Assembly (NCBI GenBank): GCA_965218095.1
Contig: OZ244587.1
Span: forward strand, 1,668,720 to 1,732,719
Direction: 5' to 3'
Source: Candidatus Poribacteria bacterium
GTDB taxonomy: Bacteria > Poribacteria > WGA-4E > PCPOR2b
Length of the DNA: 64,000 bases
Every line of letters begins with the position of its first letter. Position 1 is the stretch's first letter. Under the pieces are notes generated by a model. That model was not told where the DNA came from. It saw only the letters and a list, made by a program, of their open reading frames with translations, and did not search any database. Position numbers and translations under genes: made by a program. Below, piece after piece: positions 9,710 through 19,994 of this stretch.

Positions 9710-10603
9710 TTATCGTCGTCGATCCATTGCTACGATTGTCTCTTCGCCCAGGTGCTCGATGAGCCACATCTTCAGCGGCACGTCGTCGTCTGTCGGCACA
9801 TACCGTCCGTCGTTCCTGACCGCGGCGCCGAGCAACTGCCTGCGAATCGGATTGCAACGGTCATACAGGTGTTCCACGACCATGTTGTCCTTAGGCCGAA
9901 TCCAGCGGTAGCCATAGCCGTAGAACAATACTTTGCGGGTGAATGCAGAACGATTTGGGCTGCGGGAGTGCCAGAGCCGACGGTCAAAAAACACCGCCGT
10001 CCCCGGCCTCGCACACATGGGGATTGCTGCATCAGGCACACTATCGGTAGTTCCCTCGCGGGGGTTGCGGCCCACCTCTGAGAAAGTGGGTATATCATCC
10101 GAAAGGTGACTGCCGGGGATAATGTAAAAGTTGCCCCGTCCGGGCTCTGAGACGTCGGTGAGAAAGTAGCCAACTTTAAGCGACAAACGGGGACGCGGAT
10201 GCGATTCCATCATCTCAATGTTGGCTCGCCCACTATCCTGGTGCCACTCCAACCAACCTTCCTCCTGTGGTGCATTGGGCTCAGCAGGGGGCTTAATGTG
10301 CATGTGTGCGTGATACAGGTAAATGTTCCACCCTAAAATACCCCAAATTTTTGGTAAGGTGGTGGGATAGTCAAGTAGGTCTAAAAAAGCGTCGTCCTCA
10401 CCGAGAAAGTTTGAAGAGCTCCACGCCTTGCCATGTTCAGTCGGCTCCGCTTCAATCGCCTTTTTGTGAAGACTATCCACGGCGGCGGTCAAACGGTCAA
10501 TCATTTCTTCGGACAAGGCATTTTCAACGATGAGGTAGCCTTGTTCCTCGAAATGGCGGTGTTGTTCGTCCGTTAAGCAATGTGAAAGATAATCTTGAGT
10601 CAT
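9710..10603 (-). CDS. phytanoyl-CoA dioxygenase (PhyH) family Fe(II)/2-oxoglutarate oxygenase
   Basis: 297 aa. WHQDSG...PGSH...WHSRSPN facial-triad pattern. The N-terminus GYLIVENAL is typical of the family. Confidence 0.7.
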   Translation of the reverse strand: MTQDYLSHCLTDEQHRHFEEQGYLIVENALSEEMIDRLTAAVDSLHKKAIEAEPTEHGKAWSSSNFLGEDDAFLDLLDYPTTLPKIWGILGWNIYLYHAHMHIKPPAEPNAPQEEGWLEWHQDSGRANIEMMESHPRPRLSLKVGYFLTDVSEPGRGNFYIIPGSHLSDDIPTFSEVGRNPREGTTDSVPDAAIPMCARPGTAVFFDRRLWHSRSPNRSAFTRKVLFYGYGYRWIRPKDNMVVEHLYDRCNPIRRQLLGAAVRNDGRYVPTDDDVPLKMWLIEHLGEETIVAMDRRR

Positions 10604-10649
10604 TATGCACTCTCCTTAAAAGTTTGTTCAATTGAGTCAATCAAACCAA

Positions 10650-11408
10650 TCAACGGTGTTCCTCCGCTGCATCTTGAGGTTCAAATCCAACGACCTCACG
10701 GGCGTGTGAAACGTCGCGGTAACCCCACTTGTTATTCGACACCGCGAAGAAGATATCGAAACGCACGCTATCGGGGGCTTCAATGCACTTTTCAACCATC
10801 TGTGCAATGTCGCGCTGGCTGCACCAGATTGAAAAATGGCGTGGCTGCGAGGGATGGTTGTCACGAGTGACGCCGCCAATGCGCAGGCAGATCATCGAGA
10901 TGTCATAAGTATCTGAAAAGTGCATTGCCAATGCCTCGCCGAAGACCTTGGTACACCCATAGAGCCCGCTCGGTCGCGTCGGCGATTTGTGGTTCAGTTT
11001 ATCCCACGTTTCGGGGACTTCATTGTAACGCCCTTCGGTGAGCGCGTTGTAAGGAAACTCTCGCTCCCAATTGCTGACAGTTGATCCGCTGCTGGCGTAG
11101 ATAACCCGCTTAACCCCTGCCCGCCGTGACGCCTCGAAGACGTTGTAAGTCCCAACGATATTAGGATTCAGCAGATCTTCCCACGTTGCGTTTCCTCGGG
11201 CCATTGCCGCTAGATGTACCACCACATCTACCCCCTCGAATGTGGATTGGATGGCATCTAGGTCGGCAATATCCGCCTGATGGCACTCGACCCCTGGCAC
11301 AGGATGGCGGTTGAGCGCGCGCAAGGTATACTTGCTTTCTAATTGCTCCCGCACGACGCCCCCAATTAATCCGCTCATGCCGGTGATGAGGACCTTCTTT
11401 TGTGTCAT
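10650..11408 (-). CDS. NAD-dependent epimerase/dehydratase (extended SDR)
   Basis: MTQKKVLITGMSGLIGG Rossmann motif. A GGAGGGA RBS precedes the ATG at 11408. The track ORF start at 11462 is an upstream extension. Confidence 0.7.
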   Translation of the reverse strand: MTQKKVLITGMSGLIGGVVREQLESKYTLRALNRHPVPGVECHQADIADLDAIQSTFEGVDVVVHLAAMARGNATWEDLLNPNIVGTYNVFEASRRAGVKRVIYASSGSTVSNWEREFPYNALTEGRYNEVPETWDKLNHKSPTRPSGLYGCTKVFGEALAMHFSDTYDISMICLRIGGVTRDNHPSQPRHFSIWCSQRDIAQMVEKCIEAPDSVRFDIFFAVSNNKWGYRDVSHAREVVGFEPQDAAEEHR

Positions 11409-11718
11409 AGCTTCCCTCCATTTCTCGTCATTCGTTTCGGACTGGAGTGAACAGCGTCTCATTCCAGTCCACGTTCACCCTTCCCAGCTTGCTTTATTAT
11501 ACACCATGTGTAGCCAAGTTATCAAACCTTCAAGCCTGTGGATTAAAGAAATTGTCTTGACAAGGTTTCTATTTTCCTCTATACTGAGCACCACGTCTAA
11601 CATGCTGTGCTTCCATAAGCAAGCGCAGATGGGGCGCAGTTCGACTTTAATTATTCGTTGACGTAAGGAGATTCGCTTCGATTACATCAACGAGAAAAAA
11701 ACAAGGGAGGCATCCACA

Positions 11719-12363
11719 TTGAAAATTTTGGTTTTATCTGGCGAAAATCATCGGTTTGCGGATAGCGCATCTATCATCCACGATTTTCTCGCGGCGCAGG
11801 GCGATATGTCAGTGGAGCTCACCGGCGACAAGGGGATTTTGGCGTCGTCCCAATTGGACAAATTTGATGTCTGTGTGTTCGGCACCGGGTTTACCCGTAC
11901 TGTCCGTCAGCCTGACGACACAGTGAAACGGGAACCGGATTTGACGCGGGAACAGGAAGACGGTCTGCTCCAATTCGTCGGCAGTGGCAAAGGGCTGGTC
12001 GGCATTCACGGAACAGCGTGGTGGATTGGCGGTCGCGCCGTTGATCTCATCGGTGGGCATGCCAACTGGCATCCCCCCGCTTCAACCTTCACGGTGCATA
12101 TCGAAGAGTCCAACCACCCAATTACGCAGGGCGTCGAGGACTTCGAGGTTGAAGATGAGATCTACATGTCTGCCTATGACCCCTACCTCCACATCCTCGC
12201 GTCAGCGGAGTGGTCAGACCGCCCGCACCCGATGGCGTGGGTGAAATCCTACGGGGAAGGGCGTGTGTTCTACACCGCGCTGGGACATGGGCCCGGCACA
12301 TTTGAGCGACCTGCGATGCAGAAGCTGGTTGGACAGGCTGTCGAATGGGCGGGGAATGGTTAA
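11719..12363 (+). CDS. thuA: ThuA-family protein (trehalose-utilisation-like, GATase1-like fold)
   Basis: 214 aa. GRVFYTALGHGP signature. TTG start with a GGGAGG RBS 8 nt upstream. Confidence 0.7.
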   Translation: MKILVLSGENHRFADSASIIHDFLAAQGDMSVELTGDKGILASSQLDKFDVCVFGTGFTRTVRQPDDTVKREPDLTREQEDGLLQFVGSGKGLVGIHGTAWWIGGRAVDLIGGHANWHPPASTFTVHIEESNHPITQGVEDFEVEDEIYMSAYDPYLHILASAEWSDRPHPMAWVKSYGEGRVFYTALGHGPGTFERPAMQKLVGQAVEWAGNG

Positions 12364-12549
12364 TTTTCATGTCCTACTGAATCTACATATACATGCTGAC
12401 ATTCATTCATAAAGAGCGCATTGGGTGATGCAGGAGCTCAAAGGTTCAGGGGTTCTGAACTCTGTTGTGCATCCAAAATTCCACATCCAAATCGGCACAA
12501 ATGAAACTGTGATAGACAATACGTGCATTACAAAGGAGACTCGCATATA

Positions 12550-13329
12550 ATGAACGAGGACGAAAAATATGTGTTCGACCTGACAGGCTATCTTATTATC
12601 AAAGATGCACTCACACCTGAAGAGGTCGCACGCTGTAACGCGGCAATTGACCAACTCAAAGAGATGGACAGGTCATTGTCAGGCGGATCGAAGGCGTTAG
12701 CGGGCACATCCCACCGGAGGGATATGGGCGGGATGTTAGCGTGGGAACGTCCGTGGTGTGAGTCGTTTCGAGAGTTGTTAGTGCACCCACGAATTAAACC
12801 CTACCTCGACGGCATCTTGGAAGAGGGCTATCGGCTAGATCATGGCCCAGGCTTGATTGCGATGGAGGACGGAACAGAAGGCGGCACATTGCACGGTGGC
12901 GGCGTCGAGCGTCCCAATTTCTCCGAAGCCTACTTCTTCAAGAACGGACGCATCTACACCGGACTCACGGTGGTAGAGTACATGCTGGCGGACGAAGGTC
13001 CCGGCGATGGCGGGCTAGTGGTCATTCCGGGGAGCCACAAGGCAAACCTGCCCTGCCCACGCAGCATGAGGTGGTATGAGAAGCATCAGGAGCATGTGGT
13101 TGAAGTCCATGCAAAAGCAGGGGACGCAGTCATTTTCACCGAGACCTTGACGCACGGAACGCTGCCGTGGAAGGGTAAGCATCAGCGTCGTGTGCTGCTT
13201 TATAAGTTCAGTCCGGGATTTCAGGCTTACAGCGGGGGCGCGCATCAGATTGCGTATCCTGATTATATTGAGGAGATGACGCCGGAGCAGCGTGCGGTGA
13301 TGGAGGCGCCACATATTCGTCGTCGATAG
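12550..13329 (+). CDS. phytanoyl-CoA dioxygenase (PhyH) family protein
   Basis: MNEDEKYVFDLTGYLIIKDALTPEEV N-terminus and VIPGSH motif. An AAGGAG RBS precedes the ATG at 12550. Confidence 0.7.
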   Translation: MNEDEKYVFDLTGYLIIKDALTPEEVARCNAAIDQLKEMDRSLSGGSKALAGTSHRRDMGGMLAWERPWCESFRELLVHPRIKPYLDGILEEGYRLDHGPGLIAMEDGTEGGTLHGGGVERPNFSEAYFFKNGRIYTGLTVVEYMLADEGPGDGGLVVIPGSHKANLPCPRSMRWYEKHQEHVVEVHAKAGDAVIFTETLTHGTLPWKGKHQRRVLLYKFSPGFQAYSGGAHQIAYPDYIEEMTPEQRAVMEAPHIRRR

Positions 13330-13415
13330 TGTTCAGGAATGGAGGGGATGAATAGAAGGTACGGTTAGAACATGGCTTGACAAAATGAACAAATCTTCCA
13401 AATCCGCTGCTCTAA

Positions 13416-13820
13416 TCAGGTTTCATGTATCGTGTCTGTTGAATATAACACAACCCCTTCGCGTTCAGCGGTTTGCCAAAGCGCGTCCGTATAACCGGAT
13501 CGAGCAAAGAACGTATAATTGATGTGCTGAACTTCCGATTGAGCCATGAGCACCTGCGCCTTGGATTTCAGCGAATCCAGAATATTTGTTCCGACAGAGC
13601 GATTTGTCCATTTGCACTCACCGACTAAAGCGTGTATACCATTACCACTCAAAGCGACCAGATTGATCTCCACATTACGCGTCCACCACGCGCCAAAGTT
13701 TACCGCCTTGAAAGGGAGTTTACCATTTCGATTTAACCGCTTCAGAAACTGCAAACAGACCGACTCAAACACAGGTGCGACAAAGTTGGCGAAATGCGGC
13801 CTAATCCGATCCGCCAACAC
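13416..13820 (-). pseudogene. C-terminal DUF234-like fragment of an archaeal-type ATPase (N-terminus missing)
   Basis: 134-aa ORF matching only the DUF234 C-terminal region. No AAA+ module upstream. Confidence 0.35.
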
Positions 13821-13908
13821 AAATTCAACATCTTCTTCCTCAAGGTAGCCCCGTCGGTTTTGGGCTAATGAACGGCGTCACACCGAAGGAAATTAAAGGG
13901 AATCCTCT

Positions 13909-14288
13909 ATGACTACCAAACAAAGAAAAGAAGAATACACACTTCAGGAAATAATCAACCTTTGGGGCAATTCCTCTCTTTTTCAAACAGGCTCTAAAGC
14001 TCGCGACGACAGTCGGTTGGATTCCTGCCGACACGGCTATGCCTGTGATGATGAAAACGTCACAATTTTTATCATTATCAGAACACAATGGGAGAGGTTG
14101 GCTCAAGGCCGACGATCGGAAGTATGGTAATTGCGGATATTTTGCGTCATGACATCAAAACTGTGTATATCACGGGTTTTCCAAATTACGTGTCAGAAAA
14201 GCAACCTGAAGGTGTGAGCCTGCACGAGCATGAGACGAGGAAAGACTTCGATTTCCTACGACATTTGGCGGGGCGGTGTGGTGGATAA
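13909..14288 (+). pseudogene. frameshifted paralogue of the small ORF at 14276-14533
   Basis: Two overlapping ORFs (13909-14130 and 14088-14288). Together they reproduce the motif HYxNTMxxVGxxPxxGxxxIxDILxHDIKxxYITGFP of the downstream paralogue. Confidence 0.3.
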
Positions 14289-14533
14289 AAAGTTTTGTCG
14301 AGGCATTTCAAAATTCGGGCGGTAAGTTTCTTTGTACCGAACAACTCAGCAATGCGGATGCCCTTGGATCACTTATCATTAAGAAGCTTCACCCCGTGCG
14401 ATATACGACGGTCGATCATTATCACAACACGATGACAGCAGTCGGCACGGGTCCTGTGGCAGGAACTCTTGCCATTACCGATATTTTGAAACACGACATC
14501 AAATCTGCATATATCACAGGTTTTCCTTCATGA
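14276..14533 (+). CDS. small hypothetical protein (85 aa) of a locally duplicated family
   Basis: Shares HYHNTMTAVGTGPVAGTLAITDILKHDIKSAYITGFPS with the upstream frameshifted copy. No known domain recognised. Confidence 0.3.
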   Translation: MWWIKSFVEAFQNSGGKFLCTEQLSNADALGSLIIKKLHPVRYTTVDHYHNTMTAVGTGPVAGTLAITDILKHDIKSAYITGFPS

Positions 14534-14709
14534 TCGATTACCTGACACACCCTGAGTTTGTCAGGTACAACCCGGGGTTGCCACTGTCAGCACAAGGACG
14601 TCATTTGTGTAGATGTTAAAGAAATTGTGTGTTAAACTTACTCCTATTTATGGTGATTTGTTTAATTCTGTTAAAGCGAAGGAACACTCATGATTACAAG
14701 GGGAAATCG

Positions 14710-16660
14710 ATGAATTTCCGACAGAAAATCACACTACATCTTTTGCTCTATATCGCTCTGTGCAGCGCTGCATTCGCGCAAGTCGTCGACATCCCCGCCC
14801 CCAACCTCCAAGTTGCAATCCGTCAAGAACTCCAACTACTCCCCGGCAGTAGGATTACAAAAGAAGACATGCTGTGGCTAGAAAGGCTAAACGCAGCCCG
14901 CCACGATATAATTGACCTTATGGGCTTAGAACACGCAACTAATCTGGCAAGTTTGTCCTTATGGGGAAATCAACTCGCCGAACTAACACCGATAGCCAAC
15001 CTCCGAAGATTGACATACCTTGATACGGCTGCCTGCTCCATTTCAGATATAAGCGTGGTATCAAACCTCGTTAGTTTAACCACTCTAAACGTTAGGTTTA
15101 ACCAGATTGTCGATATTAGCCCGCTCGCCAACCTGACAGACCTAGTTTCGCTGTGTTACGCCACTAGCAAATCTCACACAACTCACCGAATTGTACCTGA
15201 GCGATAATCGCATTGCAGATATTAGCCCGCCTGCAAGTTTAACAAAATTGGATTCGCTAGACATTCGACGTAACCCCGTTACTGACTACACCCCGCTTGA
15301 TGGACTCGCTTTAACCCATTTTTTATACGACGAATTTTGCGAACACCTGCCGCTTCCCGTACGCGACAGGATTCATAATAGAAACTACCCGTCCATATTC
15401 GCGAGATGGAGTGGATTAGGTTGGGTTCCTATTAGCAATCGTCCCGAACTATCAGATATGGAAAATGTAGCACGTCATGATTTATGGTTCAGCGTCAACA
15501 TGTTTGGATTAACCTTCTTCGAAACGCCTGACGGATTTAAGATGTCGGGCGAGATTGACAAGGCGATACGCCGGCGAGATGAATTTCTTGCCCTCAATCC
15601 CAATATGGTTTTTCTTGTTACGATTGCTATGAGAACGTACTCACTCAATGCTTTTCCGGAAGACTGGCCATATTGGATAAGGGACGCACAGGGGAACATC
15701 CAGCGCGAAGGATTAGTTGATTTTACGCACCCGGACATCCAGGATAGAATTGTTCAACAGGCTATAACGGTATCAAGGTGTGGCTTATATGACGGTATTA
15801 TCTTCGATTGGTGGAACGAGCATGGTGCCGTTCTTGCCGATTTTGATGGGAATTGGGAAGATAAATATCGCGGAAATGAAGCCGAACAACGCGCTCGAGA
15901 CAACATCGTACGCGGCATCCGGGCTGCAACTCGACCCGACTTTTTGATAATGGGCAACACCAATCGAACCAAAATCCCACGTACAGGGCCTTACATCAAC
16001 GGCGGCTTTATGGAAACCGTCGTACCTCATGATAGAATTGGCGCAGTCCTCGAACAACACCTGAACGAGGTTGAAGACTCGCTGCTTTGGCTAGATCAAA
16101 ATCTACGAGAACCACAAATAAACGGACTGGAAGGTTTGAGTGTTCTCACTGAGCCACCAGATAGCTAAACCAATCTTCGGTGGATGCGAGCTATCACAAC
16201 CTTGAGCCTCACGTATTCCGATGGCTATGTTCTTTTCACCGAAAGCATAAAATACACCCACTATTGGTACGACTTTTGGGACGCCGACCTCGGTCGCCCT
16301 GTCGGTCCAAAAGCCCAATTGTACGACAACTGCCCCGGTCTCTATATTCGCGAATTCACGAACGGGTGGGCGGTGTACAACCACAGCGGCAAGCCGCAGA
16401 TAATAACCTTGCCAGAAAAAGTGCAAGCTGTAGCAAGCGGTTTGGTGAACACCGAGCACGCCCTCCCTAACCTCGACGGCGAGATGTACTTTCGCATTAA
16501 GCCGAAGAATCGCGCGGATGTCAATGGCGATGGAGTGGTGAATATCCTAGACTTGACGCTGGTTGCCCAAGGCTTCGGCACAGATAAATCTGGTGTGGAC
16601 GTGAATGGGGATGGGGTCGTCAATGTGTTTGACCTTGTGTTCATAGCGAACCAATTTTGA
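14710..16660 (+). pseudogene. secreted LRR / TIM-barrel-like / dockerin protein disrupted by one frameshift (about 15143-15160) and one in-frame TAA (16166-16168)
   Basis: Signal peptide MNFRQKITLHLLLYIALCSAAFAQ with an AAGGGGA RBS. LRR units continue across the frame change (PLANLTDL / PLANLTQLTELYLSDNRIADISP). The ORF at 16184 is in frame with the previous one across a TAA. The C-terminal double dockerin is DVNGDGVVNILDL...DVNGDGVVNVFDL. Confidence 0.7.
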
Positions 16661-16734
16661 TAAAGACAGTGATTGGTGGAGAGTTAAAAGCGGAATCTTT
16701 TGTTTTTGCTCGCTTGTGGATTTATGACCAAACA

Positions 16735-16877
16735 CCTGTCGCCCCGCTGGGGCTTATGTTTGTTGAGGGAGGGAACGACGATAAGAGAGGAAATCGGGGA
16801 TTTGACGATCCCCGATCCTACGAAGAAAGAATTGTTGTCGCCGGCTATACACGTGTCGCCCCGCTGGGGCTTTTTAA
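16735..16877 (+). terminator. two tandem hairpins of motif ACACNTGTCGCCCCGCTGGGGCTT, the second followed by TTTTT
   Basis: GCCCCGCTGGGGC stem-loops at about 16740 and 16857. A similar copy lies after the 1346-aa gene at about 42984. Confidence 0.45.
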
Positions 16878-16886
16878 GGAGTTTTG

Positions 16887-17466
16887 ATGATAGATTATCT
16901 GACACATCCGAAGTTTTTGAATTGTGATCCATCTATCCTGCCGTCTAGCCAAGGTGGTGGCGGCGGGATGGGGGTGAAAACACATCGCGTCCTCGAGGCA
17001 TTGTCGGACGTTTATCCGCGAACGCGGAGGATATGCGATTTGAGTGAGATTACGGCGGATACGGTACTGATAGAGCCGCTGCGTTTCACCCTGCCAACGG
17101 AAGGCTATGGCGACAGAGAATATGAAAGTGTTGAAAGATTGATTCATGGACTACGGAATCACAAGGGGCGTAAAATTCTGTATTGTAGCGAATTGACACT
17201 GATGCGTATGCCCCCATTCCTGCACGGGCAAGTGCTGGGCTTGTGTAACCTAATCACAACGAATTGTAAATTCCAGGCGAATATGTTCAAGTACGTGAAC
17301 GTGTATACCAATCGATGTAGATATTCAGCGCCGTATTTTTCTTGCGCCGATTGAGGGAAAACTGGCGGAAGAGATTCGGGCAATTGCGAAGAAACAAGAA
17401 CTGGTTTTGGAAACGCCCGTCAATCTCTGGCTGCAAGAAAAGCTGATGGAAGCACATCAGAATTGA
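16887..17466 (+). pseudogene. hypothetical protein with conserved N-terminus MIDYLTHPKF; reading frame switches near 17300-17345
   Basis: AAGGAG RBS. The N-terminal 37 nt are conserved, with third-position changes only, relative to a 29-codon remnant at 14530. The C-terminal segment ...IAKKQELVLETPVNLWLQEKLMEAHQN lies in a different frame. Confidence 0.3.
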
Positions 17467-17486
17467 TGAGAATCAGGAGAACAACA

Positions 17487-18536
17487 ATGGTCAGAATCGG
17501 AATTATCGGCATCGGTTTTATGGGGATGATTCACTACTACGGAACGAAGAAAATCTCTGGCGGCGAAGTTGTCGCTATCTGCACGCGCGATCAGAAAAAG
17601 CTGGCTGGCGATTGGACGAACATTCAAGGGAATTTCGGTCCGCGCGGTGGTATCGAAGATCTCTCCCACCTCCGGAAGTACAATCGGATCGAAGATCTTC
17701 TCGCGGATAACGACATCGACATGGTGGACATCTGCTTGCCGACGCATCTGCATAAAGAGGCTAGCATCGCCGCGCTCAAAGCCGGAAAGCACGTCCTTGT
17801 CGAAAAACCGATTGAGATTCGGCCCGACGGTGCAAACGAGATAGTACAGGTCGGTGCGGAAAGCGGCCGCCAGTTTATGGTGGCACATGTACTGCCGTTT
17901 TTCGCGGAATTCGCTTATGCGAAACAGGCGGTCGAAGGTGGGGAATACGGGAATCTGCTCGGTGGGCATTTCAAGCGAGTTATCTCTCAGCCGACATGGC
18001 CTCAAGATTTCACCGACCTGGAAAAAAGCGGCGGGCCGGGGATCGATCTGCACATCCATGACACCCATTTCATCCGATTGCTTTGTGGCGTCCCTGATGC
18101 CGTATTTTCCCAAGGGAAACTCGCTAGCGGTGATTTTGTAGAGTACCTCACGACGCAGTATATCTACAAGGACAAAAATCTCTCAATCAGTTGCTCATCG
18201 GGAGCGGTGTCTCAACAGGGGCGAGCGTTTTCGCACGGCTTCGAGCTCTATCTAGAGAAAGCAACGCTGCTGTATGAGTTCGCAACGCTTGGCGGTGAAC
18301 CGGTCACCTCAACCCCGTTGGCTCTGTTGACTGACAATGGAGAGGTTCACAAAGTTGAGCTCGGTGAGGTAGACTCCATTGACGCCTTTACCGGCGAGAT
18401 CCAGTATGCCGTTGATGCCATCAATCAGGGGAGCGAACCAACTGCACTCTCAGGAACGGGTGCAAGGGATGCGCTTCTGCTTTGCTATAAAGAGGCTGAG
18501 TCGGTCAAAACAGGCGAAATCGTGTCGATCTCTTGA
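17487..18536 (+). CDS. Gfo/Idh/MocA-family NAD(P)-dependent oxidoreductase
   Basis: MVRIGIIGIGFMG Rossmann N-terminus with an AGGAGA RBS. Confidence 0.8.
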   Translation: MVRIGIIGIGFMGMIHYYGTKKISGGEVVAICTRDQKKLAGDWTNIQGNFGPRGGIEDLSHLRKYNRIEDLLADNDIDMVDICLPTHLHKEASIAALKAGKHVLVEKPIEIRPDGANEIVQVGAESGRQFMVAHVLPFFAEFAYAKQAVEGGEYGNLLGGHFKRVISQPTWPQDFTDLEKSGGPGIDLHIHDTHFIRLLCGVPDAVFSQGKLASGDFVEYLTTQYIYKDKNLSISCSSGAVSQQGRAFSHGFELYLEKATLLYEFATLGGEPVTSTPLALLTDNGEVHKVELGEVDSIDAFTGEIQYAVDAINQGSEPTALSGTGARDALLLCYKEAESVKTGEIVSIS

Positions 18537-18603
18537 TGATACAGAGGACAAGGAAACGAAATAGATCACAGATTGGCGGGTGGGCGAAAATGTGTAAACG
18601 GGG

Positions 18604-19014
18604 TCATTTACTCCATGTACTTTTCACCCACTCTCTAAAAAGGTGCCTCACTTCTTTCGGCGTCGCCAGCGATAGCCAAAAAGGCCGATAATTGCTGCCC
18701 CAGCAGATCTCGTTCTCTCCAATCTCCAAGCGGCGAAGCCCTCGAAATGTATTGAAGCAGTGGAGCCCAAGAACTAGCATAACGAAAAATGTTGACAAGT
18801 GAGTCGAATTCCAATGGCCATATTTAACGATCAATATTCCGTAGGCACTGAGCGCGATGCCAAAAAAGGCGGCCCCGACAACTGCTGCCTTTCGCCGTTT
18901 CGGTTTAATCAGATGAAACAGCACGGCGCCCATCTGTCTTTTGTTCCAAAAGCTCAAGCAAATAGAGGGACCGATGCTAGCCAAAACCAGGATTGTTAGG
19001 ATTCCTGCCGACAT
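18604..19014 (-). CDS. hypothetical integral membrane protein
   Basis: 136 aa with 3 predicted TM helices. No recognised motif. Confidence 0.35.
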   Translation of the reverse strand: MSAGILTILVLASIGPSICLSFWNKRQMGAVLFHLIKPKRRKAAVVGAAFFGIALSAYGILIVKYGHWNSTHLSTFFVMLVLGLHCFNTFRGLRRLEIGENEICWGSNYRPFWLSLATPKEVRHLFREWVKSTWSK

Positions 19015-19047
19015 AAGGATGAATCTCCTCCAACTTTTGGGGAGCTA

Positions 19048-19530
19048 TCACAATTCCCGAATCTCAACCTCCAGTGAATCCAGATCCACAATGGCAACCG
19101 TGGACCTGCCGGTTGTCCAACCGCCTGTTTCGCCAGGATTGACGATGACCGATTTCTCCTTGCGAACATCAATCTCATGCGTATGCCCGTAGATCACGAT
19201 GTCGTACTCGCCGCTTTTGGCGATGGGCTCGGCAAGTTCGGGGTAGTGCATCGCGGCGATCTTGCGTCCACCAACCTCCACGCTTGCAAGGTTGGGATGA
19301 ATCTCTCCAACTTCCTCAAATCGCTTGGCGACCATGATGCGCTCCCCGTCGTTGTTGCCGAAGACACCCACAACCCGACACTTCAAGTCACCCATCGCCG
19401 CCACCGCAAATGGCGCAATGAAATCGCCGGCATGTATGACCAATTCAACCCCTTCGCCGTTGAACAACTCAACGGCTTTCTTGATCATTGGAACGTTGTC
19501 GTGACTGTCCGAAAAAACGCCAATTTTCAT
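19048..19530 (-). CDS. metallophosphoesterase (YfcE/MJ0936-like phosphodiesterase)
   Basis: MKIGVFSDSHDN...HAGDF...GNND...GHTH motifs. A GGAGG RBS precedes the ATG. Confidence 0.8.
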   Translation of the reverse strand: MKIGVFSDSHDNVPMIKKAVELFNGEGVELVIHAGDFIAPFAVAAMGDLKCRVVGVFGNNDGERIMVAKRFEEVGEIHPNLASVEVGGRKIAAMHYPELAEPIAKSGEYDIVIYGHTHEIDVRKEKSVIVNPGETGGWTTGRSTVAIVDLDSLEVEIREL

Positions 19531-19557
19531 GTCAACCTCCTAGGTTCTGTTGACATT

Positions 19558-19994
19558 TCAAGGGAGCCATATAAGAGTGGAGACAAAGCTGAGAAATCCA
19601 AAATAACGGATAGCTAACTTCTCGAACCGAGAGAAGATGCGGCGATACCATTTTATCTTGTTAATGAAACATTCAACCCGATGTCTCTCTTTGTACAGAT
19701 GTTTGTCGTAATCTCTTTGATCCACACGATGACTTTTGGGCGGTATCACCGCAATCGCTCCATTCGCCTCAATAACCGCGATAAAATTGTCAGAGTCATA
19801 TCCCTTGTCTCCAATCACATACTCGCTTTTATATCCAAGTATCAACGCTTCTGCTTCTGCTATGTCGTTTCTTTGACCGGGCGTCAGATGTATTCTTAGT
19901 GGATTACCCAGGCCGTCAACGATGATGTGAATTTTTGTACTGAATCCCCCGCGAGAGCGACCTAACGCTTGGTTTTCAGTGCCACCCTTTTTTT
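19558..19994 (-). CDS. IS427-group transposase OrfB (DDE domain), reached by -1 frameshift from OrfA
   Basis: ...STKIHIIVDGLGNPLRIHLTPGQRNDI...VIGDKGYDSDNFIAVIEANGAIAVIPPKSHR... Confidence 0.75.

Noticed and set aside
9576-10173. Overlapping ORFs antisense to the PhyH gene (9576-9857, 9752-10081, 9772-10173)
   Set aside because: Fully embedded in a well-supported gene on the other strand. No RBS or motifs.
16735-16877. Possible mini-CRISPR array: two 23-bp direct repeats separated by about 92 bp
   Set aside because: Only two units. The spacer is too long. Each repeat is itself a GC hairpin (one followed by a T-tract), and a related copy follows another gene at about 42984. These behave as terminator or REP-like hairpins, and no cas genes are nearby.
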